Shown: one piece after another, positions 35,254-45,256 of the stretch
How the letters are laid out: every line of letters starts with the position of its first letter
Position numbering within the stretch: the stretch's first letter is position 1
Source: an uncultured Gemmatimonadales bacterium
GTDB taxonomy: Bacteria; Gemmatimonadota; Gemmatimonadetes; Gemmatimonadales; GWC2-71-9
DNA: 64,000 nucleotides
NCBI GenBank assembly: GCA_963748815.1
Contig: CAVVKJ010000017.1
Location: 32,001 to 96,000, forward strand
Reading direction: 5' to 3'
Translations under genes and position numbers: made by a program
Notes under the pieces: model-generated
Database searches by the model: none
Seen by the model: only the letters and a program-made list of their open reading frames with translations
What the model was told of the DNA's origin: nothing

Positions 35254-35299
35254 AGCTTAGGGTCACGCATTGATATTGTCAAGGCAATGGCCTTGATAA
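35254..35299 (-). promoter_or_regulatory. Sigma70 promoter with overlapping palindromic operator
   Basis: Minus strand TTGACA (35282-35277)-17bp-TAAGCT (35259-35254); palindrome TTGTCAAGGC-AATG-GCCTTGATAA (35276-35299). Confidence 0.7.
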
Positions 35300-35980
35300 A
35301 TAATCGCAGTCACGGAACCTCGGGCGCGGGTGGGTTAGGTGACCGCGGTCCCCGCACCCTCGCGTCAGTGCCCGGATTCGGGCACGCAACGCCGGCACCA
35401 CCTGGCGCTCGAACCAGGGGTTCCGCTGGATCCACGGCTGATTGCGCGGCGACGGATGGGGAAGCGGCAGGAACTCCGGCTCGTATTCCCGCCAGGCCCG
35501 GACCGTTGCGGAGAGCGTGGGCTTGCGGCGGCCGGCCAGGAAGTGACGCTGGGCGTACTGTCCGACCAGCAAGGTCAACTCGACGCCGGGCAGCCGTGCC
35601 AGGAGGTGTGGGAGCCAGAGGCTGGCGCATTCGCGCCGCGGCGCCACATCACCGCCGTTGCCCCGGCCCGGGTAGCAGTATCCCATGGGGATGATCGCGA
35701 TCCGTGCTGCGTCATAGAAGGTTTCCGGCTCGACTCCCATCCACCGCCGCAGCCGTTCGCCGCTCGGGTCGTCCCAGGGAACACCGGTGGTGTGGACCCG
35801 GAGCCCGGGCGCCTGCCCTACCACGAGAATGCGGGCGGTCACTCCGGCACAGAGCACCGGGCGCGGACCGAGCGGCAACTCCGCCTCGCAGGCGCGACAG
35901 GCCCGCACCATGTCCAGGACCGCCGCGAGCGTCGCGTCGGGTGGAATCCGGGCGGCTCCGGTTGGTGTCGCGAGGGTCAC
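35279..35980 (-). CDS. Uracil-DNA glycosylase family protein
   Basis: CRAC..LPLGPRP, GQAPG..VH, WDDPSG.RLR.W, PMGYCYPG, PHPSPRN. 3' end uncertain. Confidence 0.85.
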   Translation of the reverse strand: MTLATPTGAARIPPDATLAAVLDMVRACRACEAELPLGPRPVLCAGVTARILVVGQAPGLRVHTTGVPWDDPSGERLRRWMGVEPETFYDAARIAIIPMGYCYPGRGNGGDVAPRRECASLWLPHLLARLPGVELTLLVGQYAQRHFLAGRRKPTLSATVRAWREYEPEFLPLPHPSPRNQPWIQRNPWFERQVVPALRARIRALTRGCGDRGHLTHPRPRFRDCDYLSRPLP

Positions 35981-36327
35981 GGGGCGGGCGCCGCCTGATC
36001 CGCCATCGCCTGGAGCGCAATCACCGAATGCGCAAATGCGCCCCCCGCGCGCATTTCCGCGCCGACCCAGATCGCCTCCATGATCTCCTGCTCCGTGGCA
36101 CCGGCATGCAGCGCCCCCTTCGTGTGCCCCCGGATGCAGTAGGGACACTGGGTCACATGCGCCACCGCCACGGCCATCAACTGCTTGGTCTTCGCATCCA
36201 GCGCCCCCGCCGCAAACACTTGCCGGCTGAACTCCCGGAAAGCGTGATCGGTCTCGGGCGCCAGGTCCCGCCGCTTGGCCGAGAGCGCCGCGCTCGGGGT
36301 CGGATACATCGATGCGTCCTGGTCCAT
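35977..36327 (-). CDS. Carboxymuconolactone decarboxylase (CMD/AhpD) family protein
   Basis: LDAKTKQL.AVAVA..QCPYCI.GH, EI.EA.WV..EMRAG. Confidence 0.88.
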   Translation of the reverse strand: MDQDASMYPTPSAALSAKRRDLAPETDHAFREFSRQVFAAGALDAKTKQLMAVAVAHVTQCPYCIRGHTKGALHAGATEQEIMEAIWVGAEMRAGGAFAHSVIALQAMADQAAPAP

Positions 36328-36563
36328 TGATCCTGCTCCATTCGTCCGTGGTACCGGGAGCCCTCCCGTAGGTGAACAGTGTCGCGCGCGTCCGCGCGCG
36401 CCAATAGCCCGTTTGTACCATCGGGATCAACACCGATCACGGGGTAGGAGCGATTCAAGGAACCTTCACCCTCCTTTCACCCCCACCACACCGGTGCGGG
36501 TCTACCTTGGTGCCATTCACGACCGCACCCGACGGTCCCATCCCGTCACAAGGAGAGACACCC

Positions 36564-37052
36564 ATGCCTCAGGTTTCCACCGTGCCCCCCGAGGCCCTGC
36601 CCCAGATTCCCAGCGCGCTTCAGGTGGAGCATCGGGTCATCCATGAGGCGCTGCTGCGTGCCACCAAAGCTCCTGGCGACATCGGCACCGCGGCCCGCGA
36701 ACTCGCGGGGGCGCTGCATGACCACTTCGTCCGGGAAGAGGAGATCGCGCTGCCCCCGCTCGGCCTGCTGGCCGCGCTGGCGCGAGGTGAGTTTACGCCC
36801 GAGATGCGAGCCGTGCTGCCGATGACCGAGGCGCTGCGGGCCGAACTCCCGCGGATGCTGGACGAGCACCAGGCGATTCACGCCGCCACGCGCCGGCTGG
36901 GCGAGGTGGCGCGGAAGGCCGGGAACGCGGAGGTACAGCAGTTGGCGGAGGCGCTTGCCCTCCACGCCCAGAGCGAGGAAGAAGTCTTCTATCCCGCGGC
37001 GCTGCTCGTTGGCGAGGTCGTTGAGTCCCGCTCGCAGGCGCACGGATCATGA
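36564..37052 (+). CDS. Hemerythrin-domain protein
   Basis: EHRVIH, HFVREE, DEHQAIH, HAQSEEEVFYP; AGGAG RBS. Confidence 0.85.
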   Translation: MPQVSTVPPEALPQIPSALQVEHRVIHEALLRATKAPGDIGTAARELAGALHDHFVREEEIALPPLGLLAALARGEFTPEMRAVLPMTEALRAELPRMLDEHQAIHAATRRLGEVARKAGNAEVQQLAEALALHAQSEEEVFYPAALLVGEVVESRSQAHGS

Positions 37053-37598
37053 GCGCCATGCTGGAGCTACCCGACCGGGCCGCGCTCCGGCCCGCGCTAC
37101 CCGGCCTCGCACTGGCGGTGCTGACCCTGCTGTTTGGCTTCGGCCTTGGGGGAGTGTTCGGCTTGGACGAGGATGCCATCAAGTCCCGCCTGTCGGCCTC
37201 CGCGGCCGCCGTGCAGGCGTCGGTCTATCAGGGGGACCACGCCACGGCCCAGGCCGTGGTGGCCAAGTCGTGGACCTACATGCAGCGTGCCCACCTCCAC
37301 GCCGGGAGCCTCGGCACGGCCGCCGTGGTGCTGACCATCCTCGTTGTCCTGCTTGGCGCTTCGCCCGGCGTCACCCGCGCCATCAGTATCGGCCTCGGGG
37401 CCGGAGCGCTGGGATATTCCGTCTTCTGGATGTGGGCCGGCTTCCTGGCGACCTTCACTCGGGAGTACCGGTGCGGCCAAGGAGGCGCTCCGGTGGTTGG
37501 CCGTGCCGTCGTCCGGGGCGATCCTGGTGGCCACCTCCGCCGCCGCCGTCCTCTGCGTCCTCCCCCTCATCCGCCGACGGCGGCCTCCGGAGGCGTGA
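37049..37598 (+). CDS. Hypothetical membrane protein (frameshift near 37460)
   Basis: TM helices, SWTYMQRAHLHAGSLG; C-terminus AAKEALRWLAVPSSG in ORF 37344-37598. Confidence 0.65.
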
Positions 37599-37611
37599 CC
37601 CGGCGGGCCGT

Positions 37612-38296
37612 TCAGCCGAGTAGTCCCCGCTGCTGCGCGTGGGTCACCGCCTCCAGGCGGGTGCGGGTGCGCAGCTTCTGGTTGATGTGGTGCAGGTGGT
37701 TGCGGAGCGTCTGCGGGGAAATGTCCAATTGGCGGGCGATGGCCGTGGAGTTGCGGCCTGCGGCGAAGAGCTTGAGGATCCGGCACTCCTGCTCGGACAG
37801 CGGGCTCACCGGCGCATGGTGCTGGCGCGTCGTCCACCAGCGCGAGTAGCTGGCGGGCTGCCTCCTGTGCCCGGCCGAACAGCTCCGCCTGGCGTCGTGT
37901 CTGCGTCACATCTCGCGCCAGGCGCATGAACAGTCGGTGCCCGGTGCGCCGGTTATCGAAGACAATGGTGGAGACGCCCACCCAGATCAGCGCACCGGAC
38001 CGCGTGCGGACGCACAGGTCGAAGGTCGGGATGCCACCCGGCGCACCATCCCACTGCCGAGCCGCCGCCTCGGCGCCTCCCGCGAGCGCGCTGGTGCCCA
38101 GCGCGTCGTGGGCCTCGAGCACCTCGTCGATGCTGCGATGGAGCACCTCCTCCGCCGCGTGGCCGAAGAGCCGTTCCGCAGCGCCATTCCAGAAACAGAT
38201 CTCACCCTGGTCGGTTACCGCATACGCCGCATCCGCGGTCCGCTCGAACAGCGCGAACAACTCCGCTTCCAGCATCGGACCCTCGCTCTCGTGCAC
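37612..38296 (-). CDS. PAS + LuxR-type HTH regulator (frameshift near 37815)
   Basis: DAAYAV..G.ICFWN.AAERLFG PAS; LSEQE..IL...GR....IA..L.IS..T.RNH...I.QKL....R.EAV HTH. Confidence 0.85.
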
Positions 38297-38426
38297 GCTC
38301 GGCGCGTGACAGGCGTACCACCCGACCGTACGATCACTTCATTGTCACCCAGGGCAGGGTTCGTCATCCTGCCGGTGTCGTGGCGCGCACAAATGTTGAC
38401 TGGCATTTCCACTCAGGAGACTCATC

Positions 38427-38853
38427 ATGACACGGCTTGGCACGCTCGCTCTCGCCGCCGGCCTCGGACTGGGGCTGGTGATCGCATCCCCAGGGGACAG
38501 CGGCCGCACAAAAAAAGGCACCCCCCGGTGGAGCCTACAAGGAGGTCAGCACCCTGGTGCCCCTGCCCAACTACCTGCCCGGCCTCGGAACGCTGTATGT
38601 CGATCCAGCGACTTTGCCTGCAGGCCCGTTCCTGGCCTACGACCATCAGGGGAGCCTGGTCAGTTCAATCTACATGATCCCGCTCAAGGACTTGGACGCC
38701 CACAAGGCGTTCACCGATCTCAAGACGGCTCACGAGCCGGTCGATCACGTGGAGATCGTGTACAATGCCGGCCACCCCGGCGTGGCAGAGCCGCACTATC
38801 ACATGATTGTCTGGTATGTGTCGGCCCAACGCGCGGCGAGCCTGGCGAAGTGA
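38427..38853 (+). CDS. Exported His-rich hypothetical protein (DUF5602-like; frameshifted)
   Basis: Signal peptide; PGLGTLYVDP..LP.GPF; VDHVEI.YN.GHPG..EPHYH..W. Confidence 0.55.
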
Positions 38854-39447
38854 CCAGGCTGGACCGTCGTGACTTCCTTCGGCTCGGCGGATTGGCATTC
38901 GTCGGCCTTGGCGTTGCGCCGGTCCGGCACTTGGCCGGCGCGCGGCGCCTCGGGGTGGCCGGTCATCTGGCCACGGCACCCGAGGTGATCGAGATGCGCA
39001 GTGACCTGCTGGGTACGAGGGTCTGGTTTGATCCCGTCGGGCTCTACGTGGAACCTGGCACCACAGTCCGGTGGGTCGCTCGGGAAAACGTCCACACGAC
39101 CACCGCCTACACTCCGCGCAACGCAAATCACCCGCTCCGCATTCCCGACGGCGCGGTGCCCTCGGATTCAGGGTTCCTGGTGCACCCCGGTGACCACTTC
39201 GACGTGACGCTGACCGTGCCCGGCGTGTACGACTACTACTGCATGCCGCATGAAGCCGCGGGGATGGTGGGCCGGATCGTGGTGGGCAGGTCCAACGATT
39301 CGGCTGCCCGGCCGTTCGACTACTGGGTGGGGCAACCAGGCACCGACCGGCTGGACCCACGTGCCCGAGGCCGCGCGAACGACGTTCCCGACGGTGGCGC
39401 GGATACTGTCCGAGCGCCGGGTGCATGCGCCGGAAATGGGGAAATAA
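38850..39447 (+). CDS. Tat-exported cupredoxin (plastocyanin/halocyanin-like)
   Basis: DRRDFL Tat motif; HTTT; YDYYCMPHEAAGMVG type-1 Cu ligands. C-terminal frameshift. Confidence 0.85.
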
Positions 39448-39448
39448 G

Positions 39449-40876
39449 GTGTCAGTCGGCCAGAGCCACCTGACGCTCGTGGAGCAGATGGCCCGCTTCG
39501 CGTCCCGGGCGTCGTGGGACAACATCTCGGACGCGGCGCGCGAGCAGCTCAAGATCCGCGTGCTGGATTCCCTCGGGTGCGCACTGGGGGCGCTCGAAGG
39601 GGAGCCGGTGCGCCTGGTCCGGTCGCAGGTAACGGAGTTCGACGGGTCGGGGCCCTGCACACTGTTCGGCGGCGGCTCCGCCACGCCCGATCGGGCCGCC
39701 TTGTACAACTCGGCCCTGGTCCGCTACCTGGATTTCAACGACCGCTACCTCGCGCCCGGCGAAACCTGTCATCCCAGCGACAACCTCGGTGCCGTCCTCG
39801 CCGCAGCGGAGTACGCCGGTGCCTCGGGACGCGACTTCCTCACCGCCCTGGCCCTCGCCTACCAGGTGCAGTGCCGTCTCAGTGACGTGGCCCCGGTACG
39901 CGAGGCCGGATTCGATCACGTGACGCAGGGCGCCTACGCGGTGGCCGCCGGAACCGCCCGGGCACTCGGCCTCGATGCGGCCCGCACCGCTCACGCCATC
40001 GCCATCGCGGGCACCGCCTTCAACGCGCTCCGCGTCACCCGCACCGGTCGGCTTCGCACTGGAAGGGCCTGCAGCCCCCAATGTGGCCGGTGCCGCGCTG
40101 CGCACGACCCTGCTCGCCGGCCGAGGGATCACCGGGCCCCTCGAGGTCTTCGAAGGCGACAAGGGCTTCATGGACGCGGTGGCCGGCGGCTTCGAGCTCA
40201 ATTGGCAGGCGGAGGATCTCGATCGCGTCGTCCGGACGATCCTGAAGCGATACAACGCCGAGATTCACTCAGCAAAGCGTACTGGACACGGTGCTCACCA
40301 TCCGGGCGCGGGAGGGGGTCGCCGCCGCCGACGTGATGCGAGTGGACGTCGACGTGTTCGACGTGGCCTATCGCATTATCGGCGGCGGTGAGGAGGGAGA
40401 CAAGACGCGTGGTCCACACCAAGGAAGAGGCGGACCACAGCCTGCCCTATCTCGTGGCGCGTGGCCCTGCTGGACGGCCAGGTGATGCCGGAGCAGTACC
40501 GCCGGCTCGATCGGATTCGCGGGACGGACGTGCAGGAGCTCCTGCGGCGGGTGACGGTACGCCCGATCCGGCGTTCTCCCGCCGCTTTCCCTCCGAAATG
40601 CCCTGCCGCGTCCGTATCACGCTCCGCGACGGACGGGTGGCTGGCGGCAGAAGCAGCGGATTACCCCGGTTTTGTTACGCGGGGCCGGACGTGGGAGGCG
40701 GCGCGGGCCAAGTTCTGCGGACCTGGCGGCACCCTACACCGACGCCAGCCCTGCGGGAGCGGATTCAGGCCACCGTGTCTGACCTGGAGCGGGTGCCGGT
40801 GACCGCGCTGACCCACCTGCTTGCCAGCGCGGGGCTTCCGCGGGTTACGACCACAACCAAGCAGGCAACGGCGTGA
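39449..40876 (+). CDS. MmgE/PrpD family protein (2-methylcitrate dehydratase-like; several frameshifts)
   Basis: VLDSLGCA, RYLDFND, HPSDN, GFDH, LKRYNAE.HS, TKEEADHSLPY. Confidence 0.82.
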
Positions 40877-40936
40877 TATCGGCGCCCATGCCACCGGCCA
40901 CGCACGAGGCTGGCCCAGCCCAGGAGGGGAAGCAGA

Positions 40937-41410
40937 ATGGAACATCGGCTCAAGTACGGCGCAGTGGCACCCGAAGGGGTTCAGGCGCTGCTCGGCATCG
41001 AATCGTATGTGCGGCAGAGTGGGCTCGAGCCCGGGCTGCTCCACCTGGTCAAGACCCGGGCCTCCCAGGTCAACCGCTGTGCCTACTGCATTGACATGCA
41101 CACCAAGGATGCCCGCGCGGGGGGCGAAACCGAGCAACGGATCTACGCGCTGTCGGCATGGCGCGAGACGCCGTTCTTCACGGAGCGGGAGCGCGCCGCG
41201 CTGGCCTGGACCGAGGCGATCACCCTCATCGGCCATGGGTCGGTCCCCGAGGCGCTGTACGACGAAGCCCGCCGATCCTTCAGCGAAAAGGAACTCGTGG
41301 ACCTGACGCTCGGCCTCATCGCCATCAACGGCTGGAACCGGCTGGCCATTGCGTTCCGCAGCGTGCCGGGGACATACCAGCCCATGAAGCGTTCCGAAAC
41401 CCGCGCCTGA
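40937..41410 (+). CDS. AhpD-like CMD family alkylhydroperoxidase
   Basis: RASQVN.CAYCIDMH, WRE...FTERERAAL, AINGWNR. Confidence 0.9.
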   Translation: MEHRLKYGAVAPEGVQALLGIESYVRQSGLEPGLLHLVKTRASQVNRCAYCIDMHTKDARAGGETEQRIYALSAWRETPFFTERERAALAWTEAITLIGHGSVPEALYDEARRSFSEKELVDLTLGLIAINGWNRLAIAFRSVPGTYQPMKRSETRA

Positions 41411-41439
41411 TGTCAGGCCACACCCATGGAGCCACAGTC

Positions 41440-42105
41440 ATGAACGCATATCACGCGAAGCGCGTCGCCCAGGGATCAGCCCTCGTCCCCATTCTCCTTG
41501 CCGCCTTGGCGTTGCCAGCCAGTGCCCAGCAGGCGGCCACCCGCCCATCTACGGTCAGGTATGTGGCGCAACTCTCCGCGCTCAACTCGGCGGCGGCCGG
41601 CGGATCGGCAACCGGCGAGGCCACGTTCACCATCACCGGCGACAGCCTGACCATCACGGTTACCGCGAGCGGGTTGCCGAAGGACATCACTCACTGGCAG
41701 CACTTCCATGGATTCCCCGAGGGGCAGCCCGCCGCGTGCCCGAACGCCTCCTCGGATGTGAACCACGACGGGATCATCGACATTGTCGAGACCGAGCCGG
41801 CGGCAGGGACGACCATGGTGCCCTTGACCGACAACCCGGCCGGCATGGACGTGGCGCACGGCATTTATCCGAAGGCGTCGGCCACCGGAACGTTGCAGTA
41901 CACGCAGACCGTCTCCCTGGCCGAACTGCAGGCCGCGTTCGGCAAGGCGTTCCCAGGCAAGTCGCTGGACCTCGACCGGCGTGTCGTCTTCCTGCACGGG
42001 GTCCCGAGCACCACCGTCCTCCCGGCGACGGTCGCTTCGCTTGGGCCGATCCCCGCGGCGGTCACGCTGCCGATTGCCTGCGGCCGGATTGCCCTGGCCG
42101 AGTAG
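41440..42105 (+). CDS. Exported hypothetical protein (CHRD-like / His-motif)
   Basis: Signal peptide; GEATFTI.GD.LTI; HWQHFHG; LHGV; LPIACG. Confidence 0.6.
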   Translation: MNAYHAKRVAQGSALVPILLAALALPASAQQAATRPSTVRYVAQLSALNSAAAGGSATGEATFTITGDSLTITVTASGLPKDITHWQHFHGFPEGQPAACPNASSDVNHDGIIDIVETEPAAGTTMVPLTDNPAGMDVAHGIYPKASATGTLQYTQTVSLAELQAAFGKAFPGKSLDLDRRVVFLHGVPSTTVLPATVASLGPIPAAVTLPIACGRIALAE

Positions 42106-42130
42106 CGTGCGGGGCCCGCAGGTTGGCATC

Positions 42131-43172
42131 ATGGCAGCAAGGCGACGCATCTTCTCCGGCGTCCAGCCGACCGGTGCTGCCGCACCTGGGCAATTACCTC
42201 GGGGCGATCTCGCTCTGGGTGGCCATGCAGGCGGAGTACGAGGCCGTCTTCTGCATTGCCGACCTGCACGCGCTGACAACGCCCGACACCGTAAACCCCG
42301 CCCACCTCCGAACCGCCGTACGCGATACCGCCGCCATCCTCCTGGCCTCGGGCGTGGACCCCGCACACGCCATCCTCTTCGTGCAGTCCCGCGTGCCGGC
42401 TCACGCCGAGCTGGCGTGGCTCCTCGGCACAGTCACGCCAGTCGGTTGGCTGGAGCGCATGATCCAGTTCAAGACCCGTTCCGCCGAGGGCGACAGCGTG
42501 GGCGCCGGCCTGCTTGCCTATCCGGTGCTCCAGGCCGCGGACATCCTGCTCTATCGGACTGACGTGGTGCCGGTCGGCGAGGACCAGCGCCAGCACATCG
42601 AGCTCACCCGGGACATCGCGCGCCGCTTCCACGGCCTCTTTGGAGAGGTATTCACGCTGCCGGAGGCGCTATACCGGTCCGGCGGGGCCCGGATCATGGG
42701 CCTCGACGACCCCGGCACGAAGATGAGCAAGAGTGCCGGACGGCACCGGGCCCGCCACGCGATCGGGCTGGTTGATTCACCCGACAGCATACGCGATGTG
42801 ATCATGCACGCGGTGACTGATGGAGGGCGGGAGGTTCGGGCCGACGACCTCTCGCCGGGGGTGGCCAACCTGGTGACGATCTACCAGCTGCTGACCAGCC
42901 GTTCCCGCGGGGAGGTGCTGGCCGAGTTCGAAGGAAAGGGCTATGCTATGTTGAAGGCGTCCGTGGCCGAGGCAGTCATCTCGACCCTCGACCCGATTCA
43001 GCAGCGCTATCGCGAGTTGTCCGCCGAGCCGGAAGCCCTCGACGCGATACTCGATTCCGGTGCCGAGCGCGCCCGGCCGCTGGCGGGGGCGACTCTTGAG
43101 CGGGTCAAACGGGCAATGGGACTCGACGCGCCGCCGCCGCCACCCGGCGCCCGGCTGAGCGCCATAGCCTGA
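42131..43172 (+). CDS. trpS: Tryptophan--tRNA ligase (frameshift near N-terminus)
   Basis: IFSGVQPTG/HLGNYLGA, DLHALT, YPVLQAADIL, VGEDQ.QH.E, KMSKS. Confidence 0.9.
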
Positions 43173-43238
43173 AGCGGCCAAGACTTTCCGCGCACGCTCG
43201 TCCAATTTCCACAACCACCTCATCGCGAAGGGATTCCC

Positions 43239-43784
43239 ATGTCCTTTCAAGACAGCATCTGGCTGACCACCCTCGTCGGGATCACGGGGGTCGCCTTGGT
43301 GTTTCTCTACGTGATCAGCCAGTCGGGCCGGCAGGAGGAACCGTCGGCCGTCCAGGCCCGGGCCTACGCGCTTCGGAGGTGGGTCTTCGGTGGGTTGATC
43401 GCCCTGGGCGGTTCGTGGTGCACCGGCGCCAGCTTGCGGCCCTTCCCCATCGCGCCGCAACACACGCTTCAGCCAGCACCGCAGGTCATTCGGGTCGTCG
43501 GGCACCAGTGGGACTGGCAGGTGGATTCCGGTCCGATCCAGGCCGGAATCCCGGTGGCGTTCGAGGTCACCAGCGCCGACGTCAATCACGGCTTCGGGAT
43601 CTACGATGCGGATGGTCACCTGCTGGGCCAGAGCCAGGCCATGCCCGGCGTGACCAACCGGCTGGTGCACACATTCACCCAGCCCGGCAAGTACCGCATC
43701 CTCTGTCTTGAGTACTGCGGTTTGGCCCATCACGGCATGATCCTCGAATTCGACGTCGTCGCCGGCGCGGAGGAACAGTCATGA
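43239..43784 (+). CDS. Heme-copper oxidoreductase subunit II with CuA (NorS-like)
   Basis: GHQWDW, DVNHGF, AMPG, CLEYCGLAHHGM. Confidence 0.88.
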   Translation: MSFQDSIWLTTLVGITGVALVFLYVISQSGRQEEPSAVQARAYALRRWVFGGLIALGGSWCTGASLRPFPIAPQHTLQPAPQVIRVVGHQWDWQVDSGPIQAGIPVAFEVTSADVNHGFGIYDADGHLLGQSQAMPGVTNRLVHTFTQPGKYRILCLEYCGLAHHGMILEFDVVAGAEEQS

Positions 43785-45256
43785 GCGCCCTCCACCCCGG
43801 GAATGAGATCCTGCCTCCGCGCGAACGTGGCGCCCTCACCCTGTACCTGGTAACCACGCTGGCGCTGCTCCTGGTGCTGATGGTGTTCGGGCTCCTGATG
43901 CGCATGGCGCAAGGCACCTGGCTCCATGTTCCACCCACGCTCTTCTATCAGTTGATGACGGCGCACGGCGCGGGAATGGTCGGAACCGTGGCGCTGGGCG
44001 GGAGCGCGGTGATGTGGTACTTCCTCCGCAAATATGTGTCGCTGAGCCTCCCCATCTTCTTGACCAACTACATCCTGTTCATGCTGGGTGCCGTCCTCCT
44101 GCTGGCGGCCACCTTCCTCGGCCACTACGCCGGCGGCTGGACATTCCTCTACCCTCTCCCCGTCAAGTCGATGGGCATCTGGAGCGTCGGGGCCGCCGCC
44201 CTGTTCATGACGGGGTACCTGCTTATCGGCGTGGGCTTCCTGCTCTTCTATCTGGACGCCATGCGCGCGGTCATCCGGGTCTATGGCAACCTGGGCCGCG
44301 CCCTCGGCGTGCAATGGCTCTTCGGCGGCATCATCGACAAGACCCATCCGCCGACCGTGGTCGCCAGCGCCATGGTGATCATCGTCAACTCGCTCGGCAT
44401 CCTGGGCGGGGCCGTCGTCCTGGTCATGAGCCTGCTCAACGCCTACGCGCCCGAGATCGTGCTGAGCGCCCTGTTCGTCAAGAACCTGATCTACTTCTTT
44501 GGGCACGTCTTCATCAACATCAGCATCTACATGGCCGTGATCGCCGTGTACGAGTTGCTCCCCCGCTATACCGGCCGGCCCTGGGGCGTCTCGCGCCCCT
44601 TCCTGTGGGGCTGGGCCGCGAGCACCGTGATGGTGCTGATCGTCTATCCGCACCACCTGTTGATGGACTTTGCCATGCCTCGCTGGGCGGCGGTGTTGGG
44701 CCAGATCATCTCCTACACCAGCGGCCTGCCAGTCTTCACCGTTACCGCGTACGGCGCCCTCACCAACATTTACCGCTCCGGCGTGCGCTGGCGCCTGCCC
44801 GCCATGCTGCTGATCCTCTCGATGTTCGGCTGGGCGGCGGGGATCATCCCCGCCATCATCGACGCCACCATCAGCGTCAACCGGGTCATGCACAACACGC
44901 TCTGGGTCCCCGGCCATTTTCATTTCTATCTGCTGCTCGGCGTGCTGCCCATGCTGCTGGCGTTCATGTACCACCTGATCGGCGGTGAGGCGGACCGCCC
45001 CGACCGAGGGGGGGACCGGTCGGCGTTCGCCCTCTATGTCCTTGGCGGGTTGGCATTCGTCCTGATGTTCCTTGCCGGGGGGCACGCCAGTGTGCCGCGG
45101 CGCTGGGCGGTGCATGAATCCGGGTGGCAGTTCTACGATCAGGTGGCCTCGGTCGCGGCGGCGGTCGTGATCGTGGCAATGCTCTGGTTCACCGTGCGCC
45201 TGTGCCGCGGACTGCTCCACGGGCCGGCCGCATCGGCCCCGTCGCCTGGCAGGTGA
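43781..45256 (+). CDS. Heme-copper superfamily subunit I, probable sNOR-type nitric oxide reductase (NorY-like)
   Basis: TAHG, GWTFLYPL, FFGHVFIN (no cross-link Tyr), PHH, GHFH, PRR. Confidence 0.8.
   Translation: MSALHPGNEILPPRERGALTLYLVTTLALLLVLMVFGLLMRMAQGTWLHVPPTLFYQLMTAHGAGMVGTVALGGSAVMWYFLRKYVSLSLPIFLTNYILFMLGAVLLLAATFLGHYAGGWTFLYPLPVKSMGIWSVGAAALFMTGYLLIGVGFLLFYLDAMRAVIRVYGNLGRALGVQWLFGGIIDKTHPPTVVASAMVIIVNSLGILGGAVVLVMSLLNAYAPEIVLSALFVKNLIYFFGHVFINISIYMAVIAVYELLPRYTGRPWGVSRPFLWGWAASTVMVLIVYPHHLLMDFAMPRWAAVLGQIISYTSGLPVFTVTAYGALTNIYRSGVRWRLPAMLLILSMFGWAAGIIPAIIDATISVNRVMHNTLWVPGHFHFYLLLGVLPMLLAFMYHLIGGEADRPDRGGDRSAFALYVLGGLAFVLMFLAGGHASVPRRWAVHESGWQFYDQVASVAAAVVIVAMLWFTVRLCRGLLHGPAASAPSPGR

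Noticed and set aside
35270..35282. FNR/DNR box TTGAT-N4-ATCAA
   Set aside because: The sequence is TTGATATTGTCAA, with spacing one base short; better explained by the -35 box and the larger palindrome.
43781..45256. Ordinary cytochrome c oxidase subunit I (coxA/ctaD)
   Set aside because: Lacks the HPxVY cross-link Tyr, and no subunit III or ctaB is nearby.
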